Assembly (NCBI RefSeq): GCF_006345805.1
Contig: NC_043004.1
Coordinates: forward strand, 30,752,001 to 30,816,000
Direction of reading: 5' to 3'
Length of the DNA: 64,000 bases
Origin: Octopus sinensis
Lineage: Eukaryota
Shown here: in pieces, positions 38,429-51,041 of the stretch
How the letters are laid out: each line of letters begins with the position of its first letter
Position numbering within the stretch: position 1 is the first letter of the stretch
Program-made: the position numbers and the translations under genes
The notes under the pieces: model-generated
Told to the model about the DNA's origin: nothing
The model's database searches: none
The model's input: only the letters and a program-made list of their open reading frames with translations

Positions 38429-38543
38429 CATCATCATCATCATCATCATCATTTAGCGTCCGTTTTCCATGCTAGCATGGGTTGGACGGTTCAACTGGGG
38501 TCTGGGGAGCCCGAAGGCTGCACCAGGCCAGTCAGATCTGGCA
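38428..38543 (-). mobile_element. RTE tail fragment, inverted relative to the neighbouring RTE
   Basis: Reverse complement of 39622-39730. Confidence 0.8.
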
Positions 38544-38553
38544 ATATATATAT

Positions 38554-38616
<63 letters not shown>

Positions 38617-38705
38617 TATATATATAATACAGTGGTAAATTCGTTTTACTACCACTAAATTGAATTTCTCTCCGCTATGGACACGGAAATAAATGCGCCG
38701 AAAGT

Positions 38706-39730
38706 CAAAGTTCAGAGAGCTCTTAACTCTGCTGGTGACAAAAAGCCTCTCGCGCAGAGTAAAAGGCAGATTGTATGACGCGTGTGTACGAACAGCTATG
38801 CTACATGGCAGTGAAACATGGGCCGTGACTGCTGAGGATATGCGTAAGCTTGCAAGAAATGAAGCCAGTATGCTCCAATGGATGTGTAATGTCAGTGTTC
38901 ATACTCAACAGAGTGTAAGTACTTTGAGAGAAAAGTTGGACCTAAGAAGCATCAATTGTGGTGTGCAAGAGAGACGTTTGCGCTGGTATGGTCATGTGGC
39001 AAGAATGGATGAAGATAGTTGTGTGAAAAAGTGCCACACCCTAGCGGTTGAGGGAACCTGTGGAAGAGGCAGACCCAGGAAAACCTGGGACGAGGTGGTG
39101 AAGCATGACCTTCGAACTTTAGGTCTTGCTGAGGAAATGACTAGAGACCGAGACCTTTGGAAATATGCTGTGAGTGAGAAGACCCGGCAGGACAAGTGAG
39201 GCCATATACCTGGGATGTAGCCAGCCCACTTATGCATTCTTTTCCTTCTTGGGACACAAAACTCCCACTTGCGAAGACCTGTTGAGGCAAGTCAAAATAA
39301 AAATAAAAATCGTAATCTGTCAACATCAATGGAGTTTGTAGCTGTGATACCAGTGCCGGTGGCATGTAAGAGAACCATCCGAACGTGGCCATAGCCAGCG
39401 CCACCCGACTGGCATCCATGCCGGTGGCACGTAAAAAGCACCATCCGACCGTGGCCATTGCCAGCTTCGTCTGGTCCCCGTGCCGGTGGCACGTAAAAAG
39501 CACCATCCGATTGTGGCCGTTCGCCAGCCTCGTCTGGCACCTGTGCCGGTGGCACATAAAAAGCACCCACTACACTCACGGAGTGGTTGACGTTAGGAAG
39601 GACACCCAGCAGTAGAAACACTGCCAGATCAGACTGGGCCTGGAGCAGCCTTCTGGCTTCCCAGACCCCAGTTGAACCGTCCAACCCATGCCAGCATGGA
39701 AAGCAGACATTAAATGATGACGATGATGAT
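38706..39730 (+). mobile_element. 5'-truncated RTE LINE: ORF C-terminus and full 3' UTR with (GAT)n tail
   Basis: 'KGRLYDACVRTAMLHGSETWAVT..RRLRWYGHVARM..GRGRPRKTWDEVV' is a typical RTE C-terminus and is open to the stop at 39199. Confidence 0.9.
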
Positions 39731-40129
39731 ATTTATATATAATAAATGGAACAAAAATGCAATAGAGGACAATAAATCATTCGAAAAAGTAGATGATACA
39801 AAGGAGGACAGGAAAAACAGCAGTTAGAGGAACAGGAAAAAAAGAACAGGTCATTTGTGGTCTTCTTTCGTCAGTCAAGTTACCAGATTTTCTTACAGTT
39901 TTGGGCAGTTACACTTGGACTGTTCGATCTGGTTGCCCCCAAAAGAGTCTAAGCTAAGAGCATTAGATTTTTTTGTAAGAAAGCTTGTGAACGTGTATGA
40001 CAACAAAGACAAAAAACAGAGAACATGGTACACAATTACAAATACAAACAACAAGAATATAACACAGGTGTCTTTCGACTGAGGACAAATCAAATTGAGC
40101 TGGCATGTATAAAGTGAAAGCAATATACA

Positions 40130-40322
40130 CACTTATATATAATATGTATATACATATATAGACAAAAGCTTCTTTCAGTTTCCATCTACCAAATCCACTC
40201 ACAAGGCTTTGATTTACCCAGGACTATATGAGAAGACACTTGTCCACGGTGCCATGGAGCAGGACTGAACCTGAAACCATGTGATTGGGAAGTAAACTTC
40301 TTAACCATACAGCCATGCCTAT
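40130..40322 (-). mobile_element. SINE 5' half
   Basis: Matches the head of the type A/B SINE. Confidence 0.75.
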
Positions 40323-41202
40323 GGTATTTTGATTACTTTGGCAGAGAACACAACTCTAAGCATGTTTTGATATTGTTAGACCGCCTCAGCTAACCATAAA
40401 CTTTACCATACTTACTAATATAACGATGAAAGACTCACTAGTGGTTGGCGTTAAAAAAGATATCCAGTTATAGAAACCATTCCAAAATAGATACTGGTGA
40501 ATGACATAATTCTGCAACCCACCAGATCCTGTCAAATTATCCACCCCATGCCAGCATGGAAGCTGGAGATTAAATGATGATGAAGCTGATCATAACCATT
40601 GACATCATCATCATCATCATCATAATTATCATTATACCAGACCATCACCAATGAAGATCTTAAGGAATTAACAAATTGCAAGTCTCTTGTTCAGATAACA
40701 AAGAAGAGATTCTTTCACAACTGGACTTAGTAGCAGACATCTTTTCACCTTAGTGAAATAATTTCTACTTTGTGGTGACTTTCAGAAAACAATCAAACTA
40801 TTGGACAAAATATACAATTGCTATAGAGAAGAAGATTAAACAGTCAACTTATGATTTCTGTTTTTATGAAAATATACATCTAACACAACCAGTAATACCA
40901 CATATATTTTTTATTGTTTCACATTTTTTGTTACATTAACTAAATTGTGTACATTTTTTTTAACTGAATTCCATATAAATTTTGCTCAAAGGTAATTTTC
41001 TATATATGTTGGGACATTATAACCTTACTGTATTTTAAATGTGGAAATTCTTTTTTATCAATAATCAAAATAACTCTACATAAAAAATGTATTTTACCTT
41101 TCTTTTATGGTGAAGTTTCTATTAGCAAAATGAAAAAATGTGGAATATATTAATGTTGTCAATCGATGTATTAATATGTATGAATTGATATATGGATATA
41201 TA

Positions 41203-41238
<36 letters not shown>

Positions 41239-41348
41239 TAAATATTTATATCTATAAAATGTATATACATGATATTAAATTACTACTTATATAATATTAA
41301 GTATATCTATAATATATATATATATATAAATACATACATATATATATA

Positions 41349-42000
41349 GGTGCAGGAGTGGCTATACTCTCTCTCGCACTTTTGCTGTTTCCCACTCTCT
41401 CTTTCTTTCCTTTGCTCTTCCCTGAGGTTGGGTAGCCACATATCTCCTCTACTGCAGCACACCTACTTCTGCCCCCATTCTTGATCACTCTCTCTCTCTC
41501 TCTCTCTCACTCTCTCTTTCTCTTGTTTTTCCTCTGGATAGGTAACCAAGTGTCTCCTTTACATCAGCACACCTGTTTCTGTCCTCTTTTTGTACCTCTC
41601 TCTCTCCCCTGTTCTCTCTCTTCCATCTTCCTTCCTCTCATTCTCTCTCTTCCTCTTCCCCATTCTCTCTCTTCCTCTCCCCATTCTCTCTCTTCCTCTC
41701 CCCCATTCTCTCTCTTCCTCTCCCCCATTCTCTCTCTTCCTCTCCCTCTCATTCTCTCTCTTTCTCTCCCTCATTCTTTCTCTCTGGCCAGGTAACCATG
41801 TACCTTCTCTATAGCGTGACACCTGTTTCTGCCTCTCTGTCTCTCAGTCACGTTCTAGCCTTTCATCATCTGATACAAGATCCTTTCCTCCAACGATTCC
41901 CTATTCTCAAAATTCCTTGTCTTGCAAGTTATTTAGTAACTCTGCAGGAGTGGCTGCATGGTAAGTACTTGCTTACCAACAACATGGTTCCAGATTCAGT
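41349..42000 (+). mobile_element. SINE head interrupted by a ~580-bp CT-rich insert flanked by a 12-bp direct repeat
   Basis: GCAGGAGTGGCT occurs at 41352-41363 and 41944-41955. The SINE head continues GCATGGTAAGTACTTGCTTACCAAC after the second copy. Confidence 0.55.
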
Positions 42001-42009
42001 GGTGAAGTG

Positions 42010-44670
42010 CCAAGGTGTACTCACAAGTAACAATAGATGGTATGGTAGGGTAAAGAAGAGAGAGATAAATGGTGGCAATTGCCCGAGCATGGTCTCAAGG
42101 TATGGAGGTCATAATACACGCAGCCAAGTACTGCCAAGAAGATGCAAGTAGGGAGTGGAGATTGCAGTGGCTGGTGAAAACCTGGGTATAAAGATGGGGT
42201 GGGGGAAAGCAGCAGGGCAGTGAGGAAGGGGAAGAAGAGTGGGAGACAATCATAGTGTAGAAGAGGAAATGTGAGGAAGAGTAAGATACAGTTGTGCGGA
42301 GGAGACCTAGTTCAGTTTCTTGGAGTAGGGTGTGTGAAAAGTTTGTTGCTACATATGGGTGGGACACAATGCTTCTAGTGCTCAGTTTCGCTGACATGGG
42401 AGGGTCTTCTCTACAATTTCATATCCCTGGACACCTCGGTCCATTGTCATTTCCTCTATGAGCCCAAACATCCTGAGATCAGTTCTCACCAATTCATCCC
42501 CTGCCTTTCTGGGTTTCCCTCTTCCACAGGTACCATCCACTTTCAGTGACAAGCACTTCTCTATACAGCTGCCTTTACTCATCACATGTCCAAACCAATG
42601 CATTCTCCTCCACATTTAATCCTTCTTATGCCCAACTTTTCTCTTAACAGTTGCGCTTTGTCAGTCATGCACACTGATGTTGCATATCCAACAGAGCATG
42701 CTACCTTCATTCCACTCCTGTCTATGCATGTCCCCTGCATTCAGAGCCCATGTCTCACTACCATGAAGTATAGCTGTTAGTACACAAGCATCATATAATC
42801 TACCTTTCACTCTGAGAGAGAGTACTTTTGTTACCAACAGAGGTAGTAGCTCTCAGAACTTCCTCCATTCTAGTCTTATTCAAGAAACAATATTTTCAGA
42901 GTATCTGCCATTGTTACTAATTTGATTACCCAAGTAGCAGAAACTATCCACTACTTCAAGAGAGCTTCCTGGGCATTTGAGAGAGTCTAAGTCCTGTGTG
43001 CTCTTAGTGCTTATTGTTCCTGCATATCTTCCACATTCAAAGATGACTTTACCTGTTAATCTACCTGTGATTCCACTGCACCTCTTATGTGTCGATAGCT
43101 TACACTGGGTGCAGCAAATGGAATTACTTCCCACTCATTTCCTACATACTGAGCAGAGCCATTTACCCGACAGAAAGATTGTCTTATCTGCTTTCTTGCT
43201 GACAACAATTTTAGCTTTTGCTAGGTTAACTTTAAAGCCCCTTGATTCCAGGTTTTGTTTCCATGCCTAAAACTTCTCCAGTTCTGCTTCAGATTCTGCA
43301 ATAAGAGTGAAGTCATTAGCATATAGCTGTTCCCATGGGCATCCAATTTTGAATTCCTAAGTTATGGCCTGGCAAACTCTGATGAATAAGAGTGGACTAA
43401 GGACTGACCCCTGATGAACTCCAACTTGTACGCTAAATTCATCACTTGTATTCAAGGCCAACTTGCACCTTACTGACAGCACTGCTGTACATGGCTTGTA
43501 CAGCTCTATCAAGCCATTCCTCTACTCCTAGCTTCCTTAGAAACCACCAAATAAGTGAGCGGAGAACTCTGTCAAAAGTTTTCTCTGGGTTGATAAAAGC
43601 TAAGTACAATGATTTACTTTTAGCTAAATACTTTTCTTGCAACTGTCTCACTAGGAAGATGGCATCCATGGTATTTATCCAGAAACAAAATGAAACAGCA
43701 TCTCATTTAGTTTAATTCTATTCCTAATCGGTTGAGCTATAACTCTCTCTTTTTGCGTGTAATTTTCATGACCTGGTTCAGCAGTTTGACACCTCTATAG
43801 TTGTTTCTCTCTAAGGCGTCACCTTTACCCTTGTAGCAGCTAACTATGATACTACTCTACTGGTCTTTGGGGATGGCACCTTCCTGAATAACCTAATTAA
43901 CTATGTGAGTGATAGGCTGTATCCCACATCATCAGATATTTTAATCATCTTGACAGTGATATACGATGGCCAAGGGGCTTTCCTAGCCTTCATATCCTTA
44001 ATTGCCTTATCTATTATGCTACTATCATCTCTGATGGCTGGTCCCTCAATTGGTTCAATATTTGAAAGACTCTCCTTCTCCCAATCATTCTCCACATTTA
44101 ACAATCTTTCCTAATGGCATCTCCACACATCTTTCTTCCCTGAGTCACTAAATGCAAGCATACCATTATCCATTCACACACATTTCCCTCCTACCACATC
44201 TCTATTTTCTCTGATACACTGCTTTGCAATCCTGAACACCTTACATCCCTGATCCTCATGCTGTATAACATTAGCAAACTTCTTATCTTCTGCTATCCTA
44301 CTTTGCTATGTAAACCTGTCACCTAGCTTCCCTTCTGGCTCCCTGATATAATGCTTTGCTTCCACCATTTTTGCAGTTTTTTAAGATCTGTCTTTTTGCT
44401 TTTATAGCGCTGTCCACATTCTTGTTCCATCATCATGTTACCCTCAGCCTATCTGGGAATTTGCACCAGCCACAGATTTGGTCAGCAAACCCCAATAAAT
44501 TGTCCTGCAGGAATTTCCAGTGGTCCTCTAAGCTATATGTCCCTTCCTTCACCTCCTCTCTATCATCAGGGTCTTCTTGTAGAATGTCTCTAAACTTTTG
44601 TTGGTTTGCTGGGTCTTTGAACTTCTATAATCTTCTTTTTCAGTATGGTTTATTTCTCTGAGTCCTTCTA
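42010..44670 (-). mobile_element. Degenerate RTE LINE (RT region and 3' UTR)
   Basis: Minus-strand fragments 'DAIFLVRQLQEKYLAK..LAFINPEKTFDRV', 'CTQCKLSTHKRCSGI' and 'WFGHVM..GTCGRGKPRK'. Confidence 0.88.
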
Positions 44671-44747
44671 ACCCTAATTATATATAGATTGAGAGAGAGA
44701 GATAATGAAGTAAATAAACAGATAAAACTGCTTGGACTGGATATATA

Positions 44748-45642
44748 CAAGCTGGTATCAAAAGGTTACCAAACTAATTATGTATAATAAAAAAAATAAT
44801 TTATTTACCTAAGTTTTAACATCATCTCCTTCAAGATGCTCACCTTACACAGCAATACAACAGTCCCAGCATTTCTGCCACTTTTGGCATCCAGCCTGGA
44901 AGTTATTTTCTGTAAGCGAATTGAGTAACTTCTGTGATTTACTCTCAACAACAGTATTAAAATGGCGACCTTTAAGCTGTGTTTTCATCTTGGGGAGGAG
45001 ATGGAAGTCTGCCAGTGTTAAATCTAGTGTGTAGGGTGGGTGCAGAAGTGATACCATGTTGTTTTTGGTGAGAACAGCTCAGTAATGGTACATTGTTATT
45101 GTGAAGAATCTAATTCTTTGCGCTCCACAGATCCGGTCGCTTTTGCTAAGTGTTCTCCTTTAAATACTTTAAAATATTGTTGATTGTTCTCTGGTGACAC
45201 TCATGCACAAGCTGATGAATTTTCTCTACATATCCAGGGGACAAGCTTATGGTAGGTCTTCCAGATCATTTATCATCTTCTTGGGATGTTGTCCTGCTTT
45301 TGAAGCACCTGTGCCACTGAAATATTGCATACAGCCCGTTGCCTTGTCACCATAAGCTTGCCAAAGCATGCTCAATGTCTCTGTAGCAGACTCCCCAAGT
45401 TTAATGCAAAAGTTCACATTGGCTTTTTGTTCCAGCTTCCTGTCTATGACAAGAATCACAGACTACAGTATACATATGATCACAAAAACGCAAATTTCAC
45501 AACATGGGAAGTAAACACAGCAATGTCAATTGGCAAACTATCTCATGAAGGTCACTGCTAGCTCTCACTCTGCATGCAACCATGTGTTGCCATCTGTTGG
45601 TGCACTACAGAACTAGTTTGGGAACTTTTTGATACCCTCTTG
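44748..45642 (-). mobile_element. Internally deleted mariner
   Basis: TA-flanked TIRs CAAGCTGGTATCAAAAGGTTACCAAACTA / TAGTTTGGGAACTTTTTGATACCCTCTTG. Fragments 'NVNFCIKLGESATETLSML' and 'HPPYTLDLTLADFHLLPKMK'. Confidence 0.88.
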
Positions 45643-46069
45643 TATGTATGCTACAGAGGTCTTTGACTAATTTAAAGATACCAATCTTATTTACAGAATA
45701 CATTGTATATTGTGAATTGATTTGACAAAGAAAATTATATTAAACTTATATACTTAAATCACATTCATCATAAGTGAATAATATCTATAAGTATGTAAAC
45801 CATGAAAAATATAAATAATTAATATTTAAATAAATCATACAAATAAAATGTATATAATTAATATATGTCTGTGTGTATGTATGTGTGTGAGAGTATAATA
45901 TATATTTTATTTAATTATTTGGTAAAGTAATGGCTGTGTGGTAAGAAGCTTGCTTCCCAGCTACATGGTTCTGGGTTCAGTCCCACTGTATGGCACCTTC
46001 TGCTATAGCCTAGGGCTGATCAAAGCTTTGTGAGTGAATTTAGTAGAAAGAAGCTCATCGTATATATCA

Positions 46070-49000
46070 TCATTATCATCATCATTTAACGTCCACTTAC
46101 CATGCTGGCATGAGTTGGATGGTTTGACTGAGGACTGGTGAGCCAGATGGTTGCACCAGGCTCAATCTGATCTGGCAAAGTTTATACAGCTGGATGCCCT
46201 TCCTAAAACTAACCACTCTTAGAATGTAGTGGGTGCACAAGCGCCAGTCAGGCAGTTCTGGCAACGACCACACTATTTTTTACGTGCTGCCTGCATGGGT
46301 GCCGGTCTGGCTGCACTGGCAATGACCACACTCGAATGTTGTTTTTCATGTGCTACTGGCACATGTGCTGGTAAGGCAACACTGGCAACGATCATGATCA
46401 AATGGTGCTTTTTACGTGCCATCAGCATGGGAGCCAATCCATGACACTGGCAACGATCATGCTCAGATGTGCTTTCAACATTCCACTGGCATGAGTGCCA
46501 ATCAAGCAGTACTGTCATCGGCCATGTCAGCGATTTTGATTTTGATTTCACTTGCCTCAATAGGTCTTCACAAGCAAAGTTTATTGTCCAATGAATGAGG
46601 GGTATTCATAAGTGGGCTGGTTACACCCACTGGCATAGGCCATGGGTTATGGTCTCACTTGGCTTGTCGGGTCTTCTCAAGCACAGCATATCTCCAAAGG
46701 ACTCAGTCACTAGTCATTGCCTTGGCGAGGCCCAATGTTTGACGGTCGTGCTTCACCACCTCATCCCAGGTTTTCCTGGGTCTACCTCTTCCACAGGTTC
46801 CCTCAACTGCTAGGGTGTGACACTTTTTCACACAGCTGTCCTCATTCATTCGCAACACATGACCATACCAGCGCAAACGTCTCTCTTGCACACCACAACT
46901 GATGCTTTTTAAATCCAACTTTTCTCTCAGGGCACTTACACTGTCATGTATGCACACTGACATTGCACATCCAGCGGAGCATACTGGCTTCATTCCTTAC
47001 AAACTTACACATGTCCTCAGCAGTCACAGCCCATGTTTCACTGCCATGTAACATGGCTGTTCATACACATGCTTCATATATTCTACCTTTTCCTCTGAGT
47101 GAGTGGCCCTTTGTCACCAGCAGAGGTAGGAGCTCTCTGAATTTTGCCCAGGCTATTCTTATTCTAGCAGCTGCACTTTCAGAGCATCCACCCCTGCTAT
47201 TGACTTGTTCCCCTAGGTAATGGAAGCTATCAACTACTTGTAGTTTTTCTCCCTGGAATGTGACAGAAGCTGCACATTTTCAGTGTTTATAGCACCTGAG
47301 CATTTGCCACATACAAAAACTATCTTCCCAGTTAGCCTTCCTTTGATATTGCTGCACCTCTTATGTGTCCATAGCTTACACTGGGTACATGTTATAGAGT
47401 TTCTACCTATGCCTTTTCTACAGATCGAGCAAGGCCATCTACCCGAAGGCGTTTGCGATTTCTCTAGCTTCCTACTTATTAGGACTTTGGTTTTAGCTAG
47501 GTTGACTCTAAAGCCCTTCAATTCTAATCCTTGCTTTTACACCTGAAACTTTTCCTCTAGTTCTGATAGTGACTCAGCATTTAGAGCAAGGTCATCAGCA
47601 TAGAGGAGCTCCCAGGGGCACCCTGTCTTGAATTCCTCTGTTATTGCTTGGAGGAATATAATGAATAAGAAGGGGCTGAGGACTGATCCTTGGTAGACTT
47701 CTACCCCTACTAGAAATTCTTCACTATACTCATTGCCCACCTTCACTTTACTGACAGCATCCCTGTACATGGCTTACACAGCTCTCACTAACCATTCATC
47801 TATTCCTAGTTTCCTCATTGACCACCAGATAAGGGATCGGGGGACCCTGTCAAAGGCTTTCTCCATGTCAACGAAAGCCAGGTACAGAGGTTTATCTTTG
47901 GCTAGGTATTTCTCTTGCAGCTGTCTTACCAGAAATATAGCATCAGTGGTGCTTTTCCCTGACACAAACCCAAACTGCATCTCATCTAAACTGACTCTCT
48001 CCCTAATTAGTTGGGCTATGACCCTCTCCATGACCTCATTATCTGATCCAACAACTTGATACCTCTGTAATTAATCGTATCTAATGCATCACCTTTACCT
48101 TTGTAGAAGATGACTATGGTGCTACTACACCAGTCATTGGGTATGACTCCTTGATGTATCACCTGATTGACTATATGGGTGACTAGGCTATTGCTGAGAC
48201 TGCCAGATATTTTGAGCATCTCTGCGGTGATTCCTGATGGGCTGGGGGCTTTCCCTATCTTCATACCCTTAATTGCTTTATCTACCAAGGTACAGTCAAT
48301 TTGGATAGCTGGTCCCTCTGTTGGGTTGACATTTGGCAGACTCTCTTTCTCCCATTCATTCTCTTTATTTAGCAACCTTTCATAGTGGCGTCTCCAAACC
48401 TCTCTCTTTGCAGCCTTGTTTAATGCAAGTGAACCATCATCCATGCAAACACATTTCTCTCCTATGACATCACAATTCTCTCTCACACACTGTCTTGCAA
48501 CATGAAATACCTCAAGTCTTTGGTCCTCACGGTGCAGAATATTCACAAATTTCTTCTTATCTGCTTCCTCTCTGGCTAAATAAACCTGTTTCCTAGCTTC
48601 CCTTCAGGCAGTCTGATACAATTCCCTGCTACCACCATTCTTCCAGTCCTTCCAAGCCTGTTTCTTTTCCCTAATAGCCCAGTCAACAGCATTGTTCCAC
48701 CACCACGTTACCTTGGGTCAAGAGGGGACTTTTCACCATTCACAGATCTGGTTAGTAGCCCTCCCGTAGAAACCTCCAGTTGTCTTCCAAATCATGTGAT
48801 GCTATATCCCCCTCTATTTCGTCAAAAGCTTCAAGTGATACATCTCTAAATCTCTATCCATTCGCAGGATCTTTAAACTTCCAGACCCTTCTCCTCCATG
48901 ATGGTCGTCTTCTGGGTATCCATTTAGCCCTGATCCTGAAGTTGCTAACTACTAGTCTATGTTGTGGGGTACATTCTTCTCCTAGGAAGGTTTTGGCATT

Positions 49001-49222
49001 TATAAGCAGCCATCTTTCCCTTTTTCTGATGAGGATGTAGTAAATTTGGCTGGTGTGTCTACCAGATCGGTAGGTGACTAGGTGACTGGCAGGTTTCCTG
49101 AAGTTTGTATTGCAAACCATAAGATCATTTGCATCGCAGAACTCCAGCAGCTCGGTTCCCGCCTCATTGTGGGAGCCAAAACCATAGCCTCCATGTATGA
49201 CATGGAAGTCCCCTACCCCACC
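46070..49222 (-). mobile_element. RTE LINE, ~3.1 kb (APE C-terminus, RT, PHD-like Cys region, 3' UTR), degenerate
   Basis: Fragments: 'LLEFCDANDLMVCNTNF..QHRLVV' (APE), 'QFGFVSGKSTTDAIF..FVDMEKAFDRVPR', 'GVEVYQGSVLSP..LLYADDL' and 'CSICRKGIGRNSITCTQCKLWTHKRC'. (CAT)n tail at ~46070. Confidence 0.92.
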
Positions 49223-49405
49223 ATTACTTGACAACCGATGTTGATGTGTTTACGTCATCATAACTTAGCAGTTCCGCAAAAGAGACCGATAGAATAAATA
49301 CTAAGGTTACAAAGAATAAGTCCTGGGGTCAATTTGTTCGACTAAAGGAGGTGCTCCAGCACAGCCACAGTCAGATTACTGAAACAAGTTAAAGAATAAA
49401 AGAAT
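49222..49405 (+). mobile_element. Type A SINE 3' half
   Basis: Matches the SINE body and tail. Confidence 0.8.
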
Positions 49406-50029
49406 TATGTATATGAATATTCATCATATACATACATTAAATACGTATTTTTTACACAGTAATTCTCTCATCGCTATTTCAACCAGTACAGTGAAGTTTA
49501 CACTTTTTAAAAGAGATCAATTAAAACTGAAACATGTTTGCAGTTATCTCCCATACTTGCTTAATAGTTAACATATCACTGAATTAATATTGTCCTTTCC
49601 TTAAAGCAAAAATATTTCTAATTAGGATTTTAAATGCACATTACAGTTTGATAGGTTACCACTAATTTAACTATTGCTTTTTTATGCAAATAGCATCTCT
49701 AGATAATTATCATAAGTGATTTATTTAACAAGATATACTTAGACCAACTTATTGTGACCATTGCTCCACTCCTGAAACTGTCTCTGTCTGATCACCACAC
49801 AGTGACCTCTGTATCATCTATACAATCTCTTCAGACCAATAACTAATCAATTGTCTTCCCTCCTCTATCCACACCACTACATTTCTCTGCAAATCTTATT
49901 AATCACACTAATTAATTAACGAAAAGAAAAAAAAATATGCATGTTATATTAAAACATCTGCACAAAACAAGATCTACATAAATGCTGAACTGTTACACTC
50001 CTTGTCATTTTTGATTCATCTTCATGGTA

Positions 50030-50173
50030 CAGCATCATCATCATCATCATCATCATCATCTCATCATCAATAATAATAACACCACTACTACCACCACTAC
50101 CGTCATTATTACCATCGTCACAACCACTATCACTTCCACAATCATCACCACCACAACAATCCCCATCATCATT

Positions 50174-50216
<43 letters not shown>

Positions 50217-50490
50217 ATATCATCAACACTACTACCACTTTCTTCCTTATCACCGCTACTATCATCATCATCATCACTGCCACAAGTACCACCACTACAA
50301 CAACTACTATCACCATCACAACCACCTCCAATCATCATCATCATCATCAACACTTCTACAGCCAGTACCAAAACCAACACTGCCACTACTACCATCGCCA
50401 CCACTGCCATCACCATACCACCAACAACAACAACAACATCACCACCATCACCACACCACCACTACATCACCACCACCACCACCATTATAA
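50030..50490. repeat. Cryptic (CAT/CAC/CAA)n trinucleotide region
   Basis: Read directly. Confidence 0.9.
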
Positions 50491-50522
50491 TCATCTTGAC
50501 TAATGTTATTATTATTATTATT

Positions 50523-51007
50523 GAGTGAGAGAGCAGTTCATGCCATCAAAGTGACACTGGGGTAAAATATACGAAGCCCAATATATCCATCATGACTACC
50601 CGTCTGATAAGGGTACACCAGGCACATGCATCACAACCATATGTGCGTGACATGGTGATCTCATATCAAGATAAATAGCACATGAACTTGCAGGTGGGGC
50701 CCAGTCAGAATTTTCTTCAGGTTGAGTAGCCCATCCCACTCAAACGGTCCCTGAATAAGGGTTGTTTAAGGATGTTGAAAAAACCACCCATGTTTCCAGA
50801 GGTGAATTATTCAAACCCCAAAGAATCCCTCTCAACACATGGCTATGATGCTCCCCCACTACCCCTGCTCATAATCAGAGATGCACATATCGTCAGCCAC
50901 TAAGGGACATGGTCAACTGGTTAAGGTCAAACAACTGACAAGCAAATCTGTGGTATTGAGCAGAATATTTGCTGTAGCCCATCTTTATACCAAGACAAAA
51001 CAATGTA

Positions 51008-51010
<3 letters not shown>
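50523..51010 (-). mobile_element. Unclassified ~490-bp non-coding element bounded by (TTA)n on both sides
   Basis: A sharp, complex, higher-GC island between (TTA)n at ~50506-50522 and ~51009-51060. No TIR, ORF or SINE head was recognised. The strand is guessed from a (TAA)n tail. Confidence 0.5.

Positions 51011-51041
<31 letters not shown>

Noticed and set aside
39353-39570. CRISPR-like repeat-spacer pattern
   Set aside because: The spacers are homologous to each other, the array lies in a LINE 3' UTR, the context is eukaryotic and no cas genes are present.
40630-40860. Protein-like stretches (TITNEDLKELTNCK; DNKEEILSQLDL; LLCGDFQK)
   Set aside because: They lie in different frames separated by stops and I could not assign a family or a valid exon structure.
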